This document shows positions 10,298-20,291 of a stretch of 64,000 bases of DNA, piece after piece. Below the pieces are notes generated by a model that was given only the letters and a program-made list of their open reading frames with translations, was not told where the DNA came from and searched no databases. Position numbers and translations under genes: made by a program. The stretch lies in NCBI GenBank assembly GCA_049513715.1, contig JBEKVV010000001.1, positions 384,001-448,000 on the forward strand, read 5' to 3'. Within the stretch, counting starts at the first letter, position 1. Each line of letters opens with the position of its first letter. This DNA comes from Candidatus Bathyarchaeia archaeon (GTDB taxonomy: Archaea; Thermoproteota; Bathyarchaeia; 40CM-2-53-6).

Positions 10298-11161
10298 TTG
10301 ATCCCAAGGACGGCTGGGCTGAGGGTTGCGGTTCCCGCCTCCCTCGTCTCAGATACGCCGCATTTGAGAGAGAAGACTGCAAAGCTGGGAGCCATCGCAC
10401 GAACCTGCGCCATTTTCGGTGTCTCAGAAATAATACTGTACCCAGATGATCCCCAGCGCAATCAAAGACAAGAATTGGATTTCTGTCAGCGAATATTGGA
10501 TTTCGTTGAAACCCCGCAATACTTACGGAAGAGGCTGTTCGGATTGCATCCCTCACTCAAGTTCACTGGCATATTGCCTCCCCTTCAATCGTCAAACCAC
10601 AACGTGACATCAGACATTGGGAAATGCAACGTTGGGGACCTGAGAGACGGAGTCGTGGTGGGCGAGCGCAAGAGCGGGCTTGAAGTGGATGTTGGGCTCG
10701 GGCGCACGCTCAACTGCTCCGGAACGCTTCCCATCGGCTCCAGAGCAACAGTCCGAATCACCAACCTTGGGAAAACACTCATCGGAGAAATTGTGCCAGA
10801 ATCTGAGAAACCCAACAATTGGGGCTATAGAGTCAAGGGCTCTCGACTAGGCTTGGGGCGGCTGGTCAAGGAAAGCCAGGTTGACCTCAGGATTGGTACA
10901 TCGCGGTACGGGGTGTCGATTACAGACCTCTGGACCAGCCTCGCACATTCGCTGAGTACTGCGAGTTCTGTCATCGTGGCGTTCGGGTCTCCAAAGAGGG
11001 GGCTCCTAGACATTCTGAAGGATGAAGGTACAACACCGAAGGACGTTTTCGACTACTTCATCAATACCGTCCCAGGCCAGAATGTTAACACCCTCCGCAC
11101 CGAGGAAGCGATGCTGGCCTCCCTGAGTTTGCTCAACCTCGCCAGACATCATCCAGGCTGA
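10298..11161 (+). CDS. SPOUT-class RNA methyltransferase (DUF171/SPOUT1-like)
   Basis: IARTCAIFGV, ETPQYLRK, FGSPKRGL, NTVPGQNVNTLRTEEA. Confidence 0.9.
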   Translation: MIPRTAGLRVAVPASLVSDTPHLREKTAKLGAIARTCAIFGVSEIILYPDDPQRNQRQELDFCQRILDFVETPQYLRKRLFGLHPSLKFTGILPPLQSSNHNVTSDIGKCNVGDLRDGVVVGERKSGLEVDVGLGRTLNCSGTLPIGSRATVRITNLGKTLIGEIVPESEKPNNWGYRVKGSRLGLGRLVKESQVDLRIGTSRYGVSITDLWTSLAHSLSTASSVIVAFGSPKRGLLDILKDEGTTPKDVFDYFINTVPGQNVNTLRTEEAMLASLSLLNLARHHPG

Positions 11162-11308
11162 ACGGCAACTGACACAGACCCGGCAGGCATTCGATAGTGC
11201 CTGGATTTCAACCAGAAACCGGCTCAGCTCGCTAAGCATATATTAGGGGCGTCGAGTTAGATGCCGAAAATTCAGAGAACGATCACTGTCTCAAGACTGG
11301 TGTGAAGA

Positions 11309-12103
11309 TTGGTTAAGACCGTTGAAGTCTACGACGCTGAAGGAAAAGCTGTTGGCAAAGTCGCTGTTCCCCCGTTCTTCGAGACACCAGTTCGGCCTGA
11401 TCTAATCAAGCGGGCAGTTTTGGCCATTCAAAGCCACATGTTCCAGCCGCAGGGCCGTGATCCAATGGCGGGCAAACGAACAACTGCTCAATCAATAGGC
11501 GTGGGTCATGGCATGTCCCGTATTCCGAGGGTCAAGGGTGAGAGGTATCCTCGTGGTAACATGGCTGGTTTCGCGGGGGGCACCGTGAAGGGAAGGCAAA
11601 CTTGGCCACCTGTCTCGAGTAAGGACCCGCGCAAGAAGATTAACCGCAAAGAACTGAAACGGGCGCTGATTTCGGCACTGGCCGCAACTTCATCTAAGGA
11701 ACTTGTCAAAGCCCGTGGTCACCGGTTAAGTGGGGATCGTGAATTGCCGTTAGTGGTTGCTGACGACCTTGAACGGATCACAACAAGTTCTGACGCGGAG
11801 AAGCTACTAAGGAACTTAGGAGTCTGGGAAGACGTGGAGCGCGCCGGCGATAGAAAGGTACGTGCAGGAAGGGGTAGTGTTCGAGGCCGCACATACAAGC
11901 ATCGTGTTAGCGCGCTGTTCGTGGTTCAGAAGAAGCAGGGTGCTGAGAGAGCGTTCAGAAACTTCTCCGGCATCAATGTTGCCGATGTCGCCAGCCTAAA
12001 TGTGAATGATTTGGCGCCGGGCACGCATCCGGGGCGCTTGACCATATGGAGCGAGTCAGCCCTCAAAGGAATTAGTGGTCGCCTAGAGGGTAGTGCAGCA
12101 TGA
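11309..12103 (+). CDS. rpl4: 50S ribosomal protein uL4
   Basis: RPDLIKRAV, GRDPMAGKRTTA, LAPGTHPGRLTIW. Confidence 0.97.
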   Translation: MVKTVEVYDAEGKAVGKVAVPPFFETPVRPDLIKRAVLAIQSHMFQPQGRDPMAGKRTTAQSIGVGHGMSRIPRVKGERYPRGNMAGFAGGTVKGRQTWPPVSSKDPRKKINRKELKRALISALAATSSKELVKARGHRLSGDRELPLVVADDLERITTSSDAEKLLRNLGVWEDVERAGDRKVRAGRGSVRGRTYKHRVSALFVVQKKQGAERAFRNFSGINVADVASLNVNDLAPGTHPGRLTIWSESALKGISGRLEGSAA

Positions 12104-12369
12104 CCAAACTCACCCCGATGGAAGTAGTGAAGTATCCGTTGCTTTCAGAAGACGCCGTCACTCTACTAGAAACGGAGAACAAGATCACATTCATCGTCGA
12201 TCTTCGGTCAGATAAGCACGATATCAAACGTGCGATTCAGGAGCTTTACGAGGTCAGGGTGGAGGCGGTAAGAACTCTGATAACCGCCGAAGGCGACAAG
12301 AAAGCCTTCGTTAAACTCACACCCGACTTCAAAGCCTCAGACCTTGCTGTAAGACTCGGTCTCCTGTAA
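12100..12369 (+). CDS. rpl23: 50S ribosomal protein uL23
   Basis: ENKITFIVD...KKAFVKL. Confidence 0.96.
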   Translation: MTKLTPMEVVKYPLLSEDAVTLLETENKITFIVDLRSDKHDIKRAIQELYEVRVEAVRTLITAEGDKKAFVKLTPDFKASDLAVRLGLL

Positions 12370-12445
12370 GCCCGAGGCCTGCAGGCGGATGGAATCGGCA
12401 ACATTAATTATAGCAAGACCAAACCAAAGCTTCGAGTGTTAGCCC

Positions 12446-12847
12446 ATGCCTCGCGTATTCTCATACAGGGGACACACGATGGAAGAACTGCAACAGATGT
12501 CCATGGACGAGTTCATCAAGATCCTCCCGGCGAGGCAGAGAAGGTCATTGACCAGGGGCCTGACGACAGATGAAAGAGTCTTGATGGAGCTTATCCGGAA
12601 CTCCCGTCGTAGTAAGTTGAAAGACGCGAAACCCATCAAGACCCACTGCAGAGACATGGTCATCATACCGGAAATGGTTGGCCTATCGCTGATGATTCAC
12701 AGCGGCAAAGAGTTTACATCGGTTGATATCCAACCAGCAATGGTCGGCCACTACCTCGGAGAATTCGTTATCACCAACAAGAAGGTACTTCACGGAACAC
12801 CTGGTATCGGTGCGTCTAGAAGCTCAATGTACGTTCCCTTGAAGTAG
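12446..12847 (+). CDS. rps19: 30S ribosomal protein uS19
   Basis: KTHCRDMVIIPEMVG, GHYLGEF, SSMYVPLK. Confidence 0.97.
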   Translation: MPRVFSYRGHTMEELQQMSMDEFIKILPARQRRSLTRGLTTDERVLMELIRNSRRSKLKDAKPIKTHCRDMVIIPEMVGLSLMIHSGKEFTSVDIQPAMVGHYLGEFVITNKKVLHGTPGIGASRSSMYVPLK

Positions 12848-12855
12848 GTTCGCTG

Positions 12856-13116
12856 CTACTTCTCGCGGCGCCGGGCCATTACGTATAATGGCGCAGCCAC
12901 GACTATCCCGACTAGTAATGCGAGAACAATTGCGTCTAGGTCGGTTGAACTCGCTGGCCTTGGAGGGGGCTGATTGCCATTTTGTCTCAGCATTTGGAGC
13001 TGAGGTTGAGTCCTAGACGGTGCCGTGAGCTGGGCTACGGGTACCATGCCCGCCCCCAATCCTACAATGGCACCCAGTAGAACCGCTAACCATACCTTAT
13101 TCATAATCAGTGCCAA
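12856..13116 (-). CDS. Small two-TM hypothetical membrane protein
   Basis: Two hydrophobic segments; co-oriented with the upstream HTH gene. Confidence 0.6.
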   Translation of the reverse strand: MALIMNKVWLAVLLGAIVGLGAGMVPVAQLTAPSRTQPQLQMLRQNGNQPPPRPASSTDLDAIVLALLVGIVVAAPLYVMARRREK

Positions 13117-13171
13117 CGAGCATCACTCTTTCAGATGTGTTAAGTCTACATTTTGGAACGCACAAGCCGAC

Positions 13172-13624
13172 TCACACAACTCGTTCTTTCCACATTCTCA
13201 CACACTCGTACCAAGATACGGCAGCACCGAGGGTTCCGAATATCACTCCAGCTGGCTCCAGGCGGCCAGCCTCAAGAACCCCTTGCGCGGCGTACACGAC
13301 GACGGCAGTTGTGAAGAGGGCCGCATAGAAGAGGTAACGTGGAAGCATAAGGTGACCTATCTTGAAGAACATCTTCAATGTGCCCACCTGCACCTGTTCC
13401 TTCAAGAGATATTGCCCAAGCGTGTCTTTGTCGGTGACGCCGAGTTCTCGCAGTTTCTCGAGGTGGTAGAGTGCGGTGCTGGGACTGGACATTGAAAGTG
13501 CCCGCTGGGTTTCACGTACCCCAACGGGTCTCGCGGCTTTGAGAATGAACCAGTAAACCCTCAGCGTCGTTCCATGAATCTGACTTTCTCTCGTCGGCCC
13601 TGCGCCAGGTTCCAATTCAATCAA
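13172..13624 (-). CDS. Membrane-anchored winged-HTH transcriptional regulator
   Basis: GVRETQRALSMSSPSTALYHLEKLRELG wHTH followed by two TM helices. Confidence 0.8.
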   Translation of the reverse strand: MIELEPGAGPTRESQIHGTTLRVYWFILKAARPVGVRETQRALSMSSPSTALYHLEKLRELGVTDKDTLGQYLLKEQVQVGTLKMFFKIGHLMLPRYLFYAALFTTAVVVYAAQGVLEAGRLEPAGVIFGTLGAAVSWYECVRMWKERVV

Positions 13625-13738
13625 AATCAGGAAAATGACAGATGGCTAAATAGAACTTGCTCGAGCAGGTGACTTTGCGGGCTAAACAACGTTTTTTAGG
13701 GTTACCGCGCAGATGCACGGCCCTACGGTGGAAAAGCA

Positions 13739-14206
13739 ATGCCTGTTTGGGGATACTCAGTCCGGGAATACGACCCAGACCGGGCTGTGAAGTGTTCTGG
13801 TAGAGAGTTGAAGATCTCCCCAAAGTCGGCTACTGAAATATGCCGTAAGCTCAGAGGGATGCGACTGGATTCGGCCAAGGAACTTTTGGAAGCGGTTGCA
13901 AAGAAGAAGCGAGCGATCGCCTTCAGGCGGTACAAGAAGAAGGTCGGACACAAAAGCCTCGACGAGGGTTGGTACGCAGGCCGATACCCAGTCAAAGCGG
14001 CCAAACACTTCCTGTTTCTTCTAGAAGAGCTGGAGGCTAATGCCGAGTACAAGGGTTTGGATGTTGATCGCCTGAGAATTGTTCATGCTGCTATGCAAAG
14101 AGGGATGAAGACGCAGCGTATTGTTTCAAGAGCCTTCGGAAAAGCGACCCCGGCTCATAATACGCTCGTCCACGTAGAGCTCATGGGTTACGAGGTCGCA
14201 GATTAA
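13739..14206 (+). CDS. rpl22: 50S ribosomal protein uL22
   Basis: ISPKSATEIC, GRYPVKAA, NAEYKGLD. Confidence 0.96.
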   Translation: MPVWGYSVREYDPDRAVKCSGRELKISPKSATEICRKLRGMRLDSAKELLEAVAKKKRAIAFRRYKKKVGHKSLDEGWYAGRYPVKAAKHFLFLLEELEANAEYKGLDVDRLRIVHAAMQRGMKTQRIVSRAFGKATPAHNTLVHVELMGYEVAD

Positions 14207-14207
14207 G

Positions 14208-14903
14208 TTGCCAATCCACAAATACTTCGTTAAGGAAAACGCCCGTAAGGCTGAGATCGACGAATACCTCTCCATCGAGCTCAAGCGCGCTGGATACAGC
14301 AAAGTTGAGATGACGAAGACACCGCTCGGAACGCGCGTCGTCATATACGCGGCCAAGCCTGGACTTGTCATTGGCCGACGCGGGCAAAGCATCCGGGACC
14401 TGACGAAGATCTTGGAAGAACAGTTTGTAGTCGAGAACCCTCAGATTTCTGTTGCCACGATCGAAGTTCCTGAGCTGGACCCGAAGGTTGTTGCTTCACA
14501 GATCGCTATGGCCCTCCAGAGAGGGATTCATTTCAGGCGCGCGGCTTACTGGGCGCTTCAACGGACAGTAGAAGCTGGCGCCTTGGGCGTAGAGATCGTG
14601 ATTCGAGGAAAACTTACAACCGACCGGGCAAGGTACGAGAAGTACAAGGCCGGATACCTTCCAGCGGTGGGAGAGTGTATTGAGAAGATAGTGCGGACTG
14701 CCGTTGTGGACACTCAGCTGAAGCAAGGGCTCTTCGGAATCAGCGTCAAACTGCTGCCCCCAAACGTCAAATTACCGGACAGACCCGTCATCAGAGAATT
14801 GAGCGAAGTGCCCGCAATACCAAAACCGGTCATCGAGGAAATCGTTGCTGAAACAGGCGTAGTTCAGGAGGTTGCTGAAGTTGCCGATATTAAGAAAGCG
14901 TGA
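14208..14903 (+). CDS. rps3: 30S ribosomal protein uS3
   Basis: KH domain KPGLVIGRRG, GALGVEIVIRGKL. Confidence 0.97.
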   Translation: MPIHKYFVKENARKAEIDEYLSIELKRAGYSKVEMTKTPLGTRVVIYAAKPGLVIGRRGQSIRDLTKILEEQFVVENPQISVATIEVPELDPKVVASQIAMALQRGIHFRRAAYWALQRTVEAGALGVEIVIRGKLTTDRARYEKYKAGYLPAVGECIEKIVRTAVVDTQLKQGLFGISVKLLPPNVKLPDRPVIRELSEVPAIPKPVIEEIVAETGVVQEVAEVADIKKA

Positions 14904-15099
14904 GATTAGACAACAACTACCCGAAGAAAGGGACAAGAAGGTAGCTGAGATGCGAACCGAGCTGAGAAAGCTCAGGACGAATGTGAAAGCTGGGGGTAAT
15001 GTTGAAAATGTCGGCCGAATCCGCGAACTCAGGAGAACAATCGCTCGCATAAACACAATAATGCATGAGAAACCCCGGGCCGAGGTAGCCAAAGCTTGA
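14881..15099 (+). CDS. rpl29: 50S ribosomal protein uL29
   Basis: GRIRELRRTIARINT; position after uS3. Confidence 0.93.
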   Translation: MPILRKREIRQQLPEERDKKVAEMRTELRKLRTNVKAGGNVENVGRIRELRRTIARINTIMHEKPRAEVAKA

Positions 15100-15380
15100 T
15101 CGCTATTACGCCACACAACATACTCAGGCACGAGCTGATTGGCCTGAACGTTATTGTTGCTGGTTCAAAAGATCCATTCATGAAGGGTGTACGCGGCACG
15201 GTCGTTGATGAAACCAAAAACATGCTCACGATAGCCAGCGGAGACAAACAGATGATGGTCCCGAAGGGCATCTCCACTTTCAGGTTCAGGCTTCCAGACA
15301 GGACGATCGTGGAGGTAGACGGCGCACGTCTTGTGGCGCGTCCCGAAAACAGGTTGAAAATCAGAGTGAAGCGTTGGTAA
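15096..15380 (+). CDS. rnp1: Ribonuclease P protein component 1 (Rpp29)
   Basis: [22 protein letters not shown]. Confidence 0.94.
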   Translation: MIAITPHNILRHELIGLNVIVAGSKDPFMKGVRGTVVDETKNMLTIASGDKQMMVPKGISTFRFRLPDRTIVEVDGARLVARPENRLKIRVKRW

Positions 15381-15381
15381 C

Positions 15382-15711
15382 ATGTCAGACCTAGGATTAG
15401 GAGCAAAGGCGCCTAAGAAGTCGTGCGACGACCGCAACTGCCCCTTCCACGGAAGGTTGTCAGTGCGAAGGAAGTTCCTCGACGGAAAGGTCGTAAGCGC
15501 CAAAATGACGAAGACTGTTACGGTTGAACGAGACTACCTGCATTATGTCAGAAAGTACACTCGATACGAAAAGAGACGCAGCAGAATCATGGCACACAGC
15601 CCACCCTGCTTGGAAGTGCGCGAAGGAGATCGGGTCAAAGTCGCAGAATGCAGGCCAATAAGCAAAGAAGTCGCGTTCGTAGTGGTCGAAAAATTATCCG
15701 GGCAGACCTAG
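15382..15711 (+). CDS. rps17: 30S ribosomal protein uS17
   Basis: [17 protein letters not shown]. Confidence 0.97.
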   Translation: MSDLGLGAKAPKKSCDDRNCPFHGRLSVRRKFLDGKVVSAKMTKTVTVERDYLHYVRKYTRYEKRRSRIMAHSPPCLEVREGDRVKVAECRPISKEVAFVVVEKLSGQT

Positions 15712-15783
15712 ACAGCCGATTAGTGCGCCCAGCAACCTTAATTTATTGCCGCCCCATTCAGCAGCGCCTTACGTGAGAGTAAA

Positions 15784-16221
15784 ATGCCAGCCCCGAAAAG
15801 TCGTGCGGTCAGCGCCAAAGGAATGATAGAATACAGGCCGCGCATTGCACGCGGACTTCCGAATGGAAGCCGTATTAAATGTGCAGACAATACTGGGGCC
15901 AAGGAACTGAAGGTTATACAGGTATTCGGTTACCACTCCAGGCTAAGGCGTGTCCCATCCGCCTGCGTAGGCGACATGATAATGATTTCGGTTTCTAAGG
16001 GAACTCCGGAACTGCGCCGCCAGATGTTCCCCGCTGTGGTGGTTCGCCAGGTTAGACTGTTCAGGCGTCCGGACGGGACACGTCTGTCGTTTCACGACAA
16101 CGCGGCAGTCATAATGACGCCTGAGGGTGAGCTGAAGGGCACCGAGATTCGCGGCCCCGTGGCCAAAGAGGCTGCTGAACGCTGGCCGAGGGTCGCAAAC
16201 TTAGCGAGCATAATTATTTGA
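15784..16221 (+). CDS. rpl14: 50S ribosomal protein uL14
   Basis: [25 protein letters not shown]. Confidence 0.97.
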   Translation: MPAPKSRAVSAKGMIEYRPRIARGLPNGSRIKCADNTGAKELKVIQVFGYHSRLRRVPSACVGDMIMISVSKGTPELRRQMFPAVVVRQVRLFRRPDGTRLSFHDNAAVIMTPEGELKGTEIRGPVAKEAAERWPRVANLASIII

Positions 16222-16232
16222 AGTGGAAATTG

Positions 16233-16619
16233 ATGTCCCTAAACCCGAGCAAGCCCTCGAAGCAACGGAAACTCTTCTACCAGGCCCCGGCGCATAAAGT
16301 GCATAGGCTCATGAGTGCGCCTCTCTCTGAAGCCCTGAGTACAAGTCAAGGAAGACGCGCATACCCAGTCCGAAAAGGCGATACTGTGAAAATTGTGCGC
16401 GGAGACTTTGCTGGCATCGAGGGCAAGGTAACTGAAGTGGATACTGGTAGTCGGCGCCTATTCGTCGAGGGCGTTCAGAGGGAAAAGGTCGCTGGCACTT
16501 CGACCAACGTATCAGTCCACTCATCGAAGGTCATGATAACAAAACTGAACTTGGAAGACAAGTGGCGCGCTGAGTCAATAAGACTCGCCGGCAGTAAGCG
16601 CGAGGCCAAGGAGGCATAA
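16233..16619 (+). CDS. rpl24: 50S ribosomal protein uL24
   Basis: KQRK...MSAPLS, KOW motif RKGDTVKIVRG. Confidence 0.95.
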   Translation: MSLNPSKPSKQRKLFYQAPAHKVHRLMSAPLSEALSTSQGRRAYPVRKGDTVKIVRGDFAGIEGKVTEVDTGSRRLFVEGVQREKVAGTSTNVSVHSSKVMITKLNLEDKWRAESIRLAGSKREAKEA

Positions 16620-16621
16620 GG

Positions 16622-17365
16622 TTGGCGAATAAAGGTGGGCAAGGCCACCTCAAACGTTTGGCTTCCCCATGGTATTGGCCAATTCACCGTAAGGAATACA
16701 CATGGGCTCCAAAGCCCACTCCTGGCGGCCACAAATCATCGCTGTGCCTACCACTCGAACTGATTGTCCGAGACAACTTGAAACTTGCAAAGACAAGAAG
16801 AGAGGTTACTAGCATACTCTCGAAGGGCAAAGTCAAGGTCGACGGCCGACCTAGGATTGAGCGAAATCTTCCCGTTGGCCTCATGGACGTGGTGGAATTT
16901 GTGGACGCCAACGTCGCATACCGAGTTTTGCCAGTTGAACGACAAGGTCTGTCTCTGATCAAGATTCCAAAGGACGAGGCCAAGTTCAAACTCTGCAAGG
17001 TCCTTCGAAAAACTACTTCGCGCGGTGGACATACGCAATTTGGGACACATGACGGCCGAAACATCAGTGCCGAAGCCAAAGAAGGAGACCCCGCCGATTA
17101 CTCCACAAACGACACCCTCAGAGTCAGCGTACCAACACAACGTGTGTTAGGCCAAATGAAGTTCGAGAAAGGGAATTTTGCACTAGTCATTGCGGGGCGA
17201 AACTTGGGAAAGAGCGGCAAGATTGTGGACATGCAGCGAGGAACTGCCACAAGACCCGCCATGGTCACAATAGAGGATACATCCGGCACCAAGTTCGACA
17301 CGGTGGTGGACTACACCTTTGTTGTGGGAACCGACAAACCCGCCATCAAATTGGAGGCTGCATAG
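16622..17365 (+). CDS. rps4e: 30S ribosomal protein eS4
   Basis: HLKRLASP, PVGLMDVV, HDGRNI. Confidence 0.97.
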   Translation: MANKGGQGHLKRLASPWYWPIHRKEYTWAPKPTPGGHKSSLCLPLELIVRDNLKLAKTRREVTSILSKGKVKVDGRPRIERNLPVGLMDVVEFVDANVAYRVLPVERQGLSLIKIPKDEAKFKLCKVLRKTTSRGGHTQFGTHDGRNISAEAKEGDPADYSTNDTLRVSVPTQRVLGQMKFEKGNFALVIAGRNLGKSGKIVDMQRGTATRPAMVTIEDTSGTKFDTVVDYTFVVGTDKPAIKLEAA

Positions 17366-17371
17366 TGAGCA

Positions 17372-17911
17372 ATGGAAACCGTCATTGAAACTAAACCTGA
17401 GCACCCTATGCGGGTGATCAAACTGGCAAAGGTCACGGTTCACATAGGTGTCGGAAAATCCGGCGACCAGCTCGAAAAAGCGATAAAGGTAGTTGGCGAA
17501 ATCACTGGGCAAAAGCCCTGCACTCGACAGGCAAAGCAGACCGTGAAAGACTTCGGGATCACAGAGGGCGAACCCATAGCGTGTTTGACAACGCTCAGGG
17601 GCGAGAAAGCATCAGCATTCCTGAAAAGAAGCCTAGAAGCAGTCAGCAACACCCTCAAAGCCTCAAGCTTTGACGACAACGGTAACTTCGCATTTGGCAT
17701 CAAGGAACACATCGAAATCCCCGGCGCAAAGTACATCCCTGAACTCGGAATTTTCGGAATGGACGTCATCGGGACCCTAGAACGGCCCGGCTACAGAATC
17801 AAAAGAAGAAGGATAAGACCGGCCTCAATCGGAAAGTCACACCGAATATCCCGAGAAGACGCAGTAAAATTCATCGCAAAGAAATTCGGAGTCCAGATCA
17901 GAGAGGCATAA
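17372..17911 (+). CDS. rpl5: 50S ribosomal protein uL5
   Basis: [23 protein letters not shown]. Confidence 0.97.
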   Translation: METVIETKPEHPMRVIKLAKVTVHIGVGKSGDQLEKAIKVVGEITGQKPCTRQAKQTVKDFGITEGEPIACLTTLRGEKASAFLKRSLEAVSNTLKASSFDDNGNFAFGIKEHIEIPGAKYIPELGIFGMDVIGTLERPGYRIKRRRIRPASIGKSHRISREDAVKFIAKKFGVQIREA

Positions 17912-17915
17912 TCAC

Positions 17916-18080
17916 TTGGCCAAACTGAAACCGAAAAAAGTGAGAAAATACGGCAAGGGCAGCAGGCCTTGCAGACGATGCGGCCAATATGGGCCAGTGA
18001 TCCGCAAGTACGACTTGTACCTATGCCGCCAATGTTTCCGTGAACTCGCCCCCGCCTTGGGATTCAAGAAATACATGTAG
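17916..18080 (+). CDS. rps14: 30S ribosomal protein uS14 (54 aa, below ORF-track cutoff)
   Basis: Hand translation [54 protein letters not shown]. Confidence 0.95.
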   Translation: MAKLKPKKVRKYGKGSRPCRRCGQYGPVIRKYDLYLCRQCFRELAPALGFKKYM

Positions 18081-18090
18081 AGTGCAAGAA

Positions 18091-18642
18091 ATGGTTCTCG
18101 TTGAATTAGCCCAAAGAAGCCTCACTGTCCCAGAGGGTGTGCAGCTGACCATTGACGGTAGAAAAATCAAAGCAACCGGCCCCAAAGGTACTCTGGAAGA
18201 GGATTTCTCGCATCTTCCCGTACAATTCACTTTGGAAAGTGGTTCGCTGCGCGTCTACTCACCTTGGGCTCGAAAACGAGAGGTCGCACTAGTTGGCACA
18301 GCCCTAGCTCACGTCCGCAACATGATACGAGGAGTAGCGAAAGGGTATACCTACAAGCTCAAGATCGTTTACGCCCATTTCCCTGTGACCGTCAAGGTTC
18401 AGGAAAAAGAGAAGAAACTCACAATAGAGAATTTCACCGGCGAGAAAACACCCCGCACTGTTAGAATCGTTGGCTCTGCAAAGGTCAAAGTAGTCAGCGA
18501 CGAATTACACGTCCAAGGAAACAGCCTAGGCGACGTAAGCCAAACCGCCGCGAACATTCAAACTGCTACAAGGATCAAAGACAAGGACCAGCGGGTCTTC
18601 TTAGACGGAATTTACATCTTCGAGAAATCTGAGGGAATGTAG
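18091..18642 (+). CDS. rpl6: 50S ribosomal protein uL6
   Basis: GPKGTL, YAHFP, DQRVFLDGIYI. Confidence 0.96.
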   Translation: MVLVELAQRSLTVPEGVQLTIDGRKIKATGPKGTLEEDFSHLPVQFTLESGSLRVYSPWARKREVALVGTALAHVRNMIRGVAKGYTYKLKIVYAHFPVTVKVQEKEKKLTIENFTGEKTPRTVRIVGSAKVKVVSDELHVQGNSLGDVSQTAANIQTATRIKDKDQRVFLDGIYIFEKSEGM

Positions 18643-18643
18643 A

Positions 18644-19156
18644 ATGTCACAAGACTATCCTCGACCAAAATTCCGTCGCGAGGAGAGCTGGCGGTACAAG
18701 CGGGTAAAGGAATCCTGGCGCGCGCCGCATGGAAAGACAAGCCGGGTCAGAAGAAGCAAAAAAGGTTGGCCAGCGGTTGTAAAGATAGGGTACTCACACC
18801 CCAGGGCGACAAGGGGAATGCACCCCTCAGGCCTGAGGGAAGTGATGGTTTGGCGCGTTCAAGATTTGGAAGGAATCGACCCCAAAACCCACGTTGCAAG
18901 AATCGCGCATACCGTAGGAGAGAACAAGCGAGTCCAAATCATCAACGAGGCAAAGAAGAAGAAAATCAGAATCTTGAATCCCGGACTCAAGAGGCAGCCA
19001 GCCGCCGTTCCCGAGGTGGCAGCGGAACCATCCGAGGCCGAACCTGCTGAAACAAAAGAAGAGCCTTCAACCGAACCGGCCACACGACCCAAAGAGAAGC
19101 CAAAGAAGAAAAGGACGACGAAGAAGAAGAGCAATAGTAGGAAGAGTAAGAAATGA
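18644..19156 (+). CDS. rpl32e: 50S ribosomal protein eL32 with acidic then Lys-rich C-terminal tail
   Basis: WRAPHG, GMHPSG, IRILNP. Confidence 0.93.
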   Translation: MSQDYPRPKFRREESWRYKRVKESWRAPHGKTSRVRRSKKGWPAVVKIGYSHPRATRGMHPSGLREVMVWRVQDLEGIDPKTHVARIAHTVGENKRVQIINEAKKKKIRILNPGLKRQPAAVPEVAAEPSEAEPAETKEEPSTEPATRPKEKPKKKRTTKKKSNSRKSKK

Positions 19157-19596
19157 GCACTGTGAGCCAAAAGCGACTTGCCGCCGACCTGCTCAAGGTC
19201 GGACTCACCAGAGTCTGGGTTGACCCCGAAGACACTGATAGGGTTTCATCCGCGATAACACGTGAAGAGATCCGCAAACTCATCCATGAGGGCAGCATCA
19301 GAAAGATTCCAAAGCAAGGAATCAGCCGGGGCCGCAAACGAACTAGGCATCAGGAGCTTCTGGCTGGGCGACATAAAGGCCCGGGCAGCATAAAGGGAGC
19401 CGCTAAACACCGGAAAAAGAGATGGGTGATACGCATCCGTTCCATACGTAGAAGGCTGAGGGCGTTGCGCGATAAGCGGTTCATCGATACGCAGAATTAC
19501 CGCAAGCTGACCATGATGGCGAAAGGCGGTTCCTTCAGGAGCGCCGCACACCTAGACGAATACATAGAAGCCCGCAAACTCGCAAGGAGACGTTGA
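19153..19596 (+). CDS. rpl19e: 50S ribosomal protein eL19
   Basis: QKRLAADLLKVG, GPGSIKG, AKGGSF. Confidence 0.96.
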   Translation: MSTVSQKRLAADLLKVGLTRVWVDPEDTDRVSSAITREEIRKLIHEGSIRKIPKQGISRGRKRTRHQELLAGRHKGPGSIKGAAKHRKKRWVIRIRSIRRRLRALRDKRFIDTQNYRKLTMMAKGGSFRSAAHLDEYIEARKLARRR

Positions 19597-19597
19597 A

Positions 19598-20236
19598 ATG
19601 CAAACAGCTCAAACTCAAAGACAGGAAGCAGGCTGGATTCCCAAAACCAAAGTCGGCCGAATGGTCCAGAGCGGACAAATCGTCTCGCTTGAAGACATTT
19701 TCACACAAGGATTGAAAATCAAGGAACCGGAAATAATCGACGTACTTCTCCCCGGCTTGAAGCAGGAAGTTCTCGGAATCGGTTTCGTTCAGAAACAAAC
19801 TGATGCTGGAGAAAAATCACGGTTCAAGGCGACTGTGGCTGTCGGAAACGGGACAGGTTTCCTCGGTGTTGGAGGCGGCAAAGCAAAGCAGGTAAGGAGC
19901 GCAATAGACAAAGCCACCATTGCAGCCAAACTGAACGTCGTACCGATTCGCCGCGGTTGCGGAAGTTGGGAATGCGGCTGCGGCCAACCCCACTCACTAC
20001 CATTCAAGGTGAGAGGAAAGACTGGCAGCGTTGCAATCGAGATAATCCCAGGCCCCAGAGGCTTAGGGCTAGTTGGCGGCGAAACACCCAAAACGATTCT
20101 GACACTTGCTGGTGTGAAGGACTGCTGGACCAGAAGCTTCGGGTCAACCAGCACACTTGGCTCGATGGCTCTCGCGGTCTATGAAGCGCTGCGCAACACC
20201 TACCGTGTCGTCACGCCAAAAGACTGGGTCGCGTAG
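19598..20236 (+). CDS. rps5: 30S ribosomal protein uS5
   Basis: WIPKTKVG, QKQTDAGE, RRGCGSWEC. Confidence 0.97.
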   Translation: MQTAQTQRQEAGWIPKTKVGRMVQSGQIVSLEDIFTQGLKIKEPEIIDVLLPGLKQEVLGIGFVQKQTDAGEKSRFKATVAVGNGTGFLGVGGGKAKQVRSAIDKATIAAKLNVVPIRRGCGSWECGCGQPHSLPFKVRGKTGSVAIEIIPGPRGLGLVGGETPKTILTLAGVKDCWTRSFGSTSTLGSMALAVYEALRNTYRVVTPKDWVA

Positions 20237-20262
20237 CACTAAGTTTCCCTTTTCATCCGAGC

Positions 20263-20291
20263 CTAGGCCGACCCCCCAGGGGGGGCCCTAG
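20263..20291. terminator. GC-rich hairpin between convergent rps5 and kbl
   Basis: CTAGGCCGACCCCCCAGGGGGGGCCCTAG imperfect inverted repeat. Confidence 0.4.

Noticed and set aside
10221..10556. N-terminal extension of the PGI/PMI ORF
   Set aside because: Overlaps the SPOUT gene on the other strand; recognisable sequence starts at MILDD (10220)
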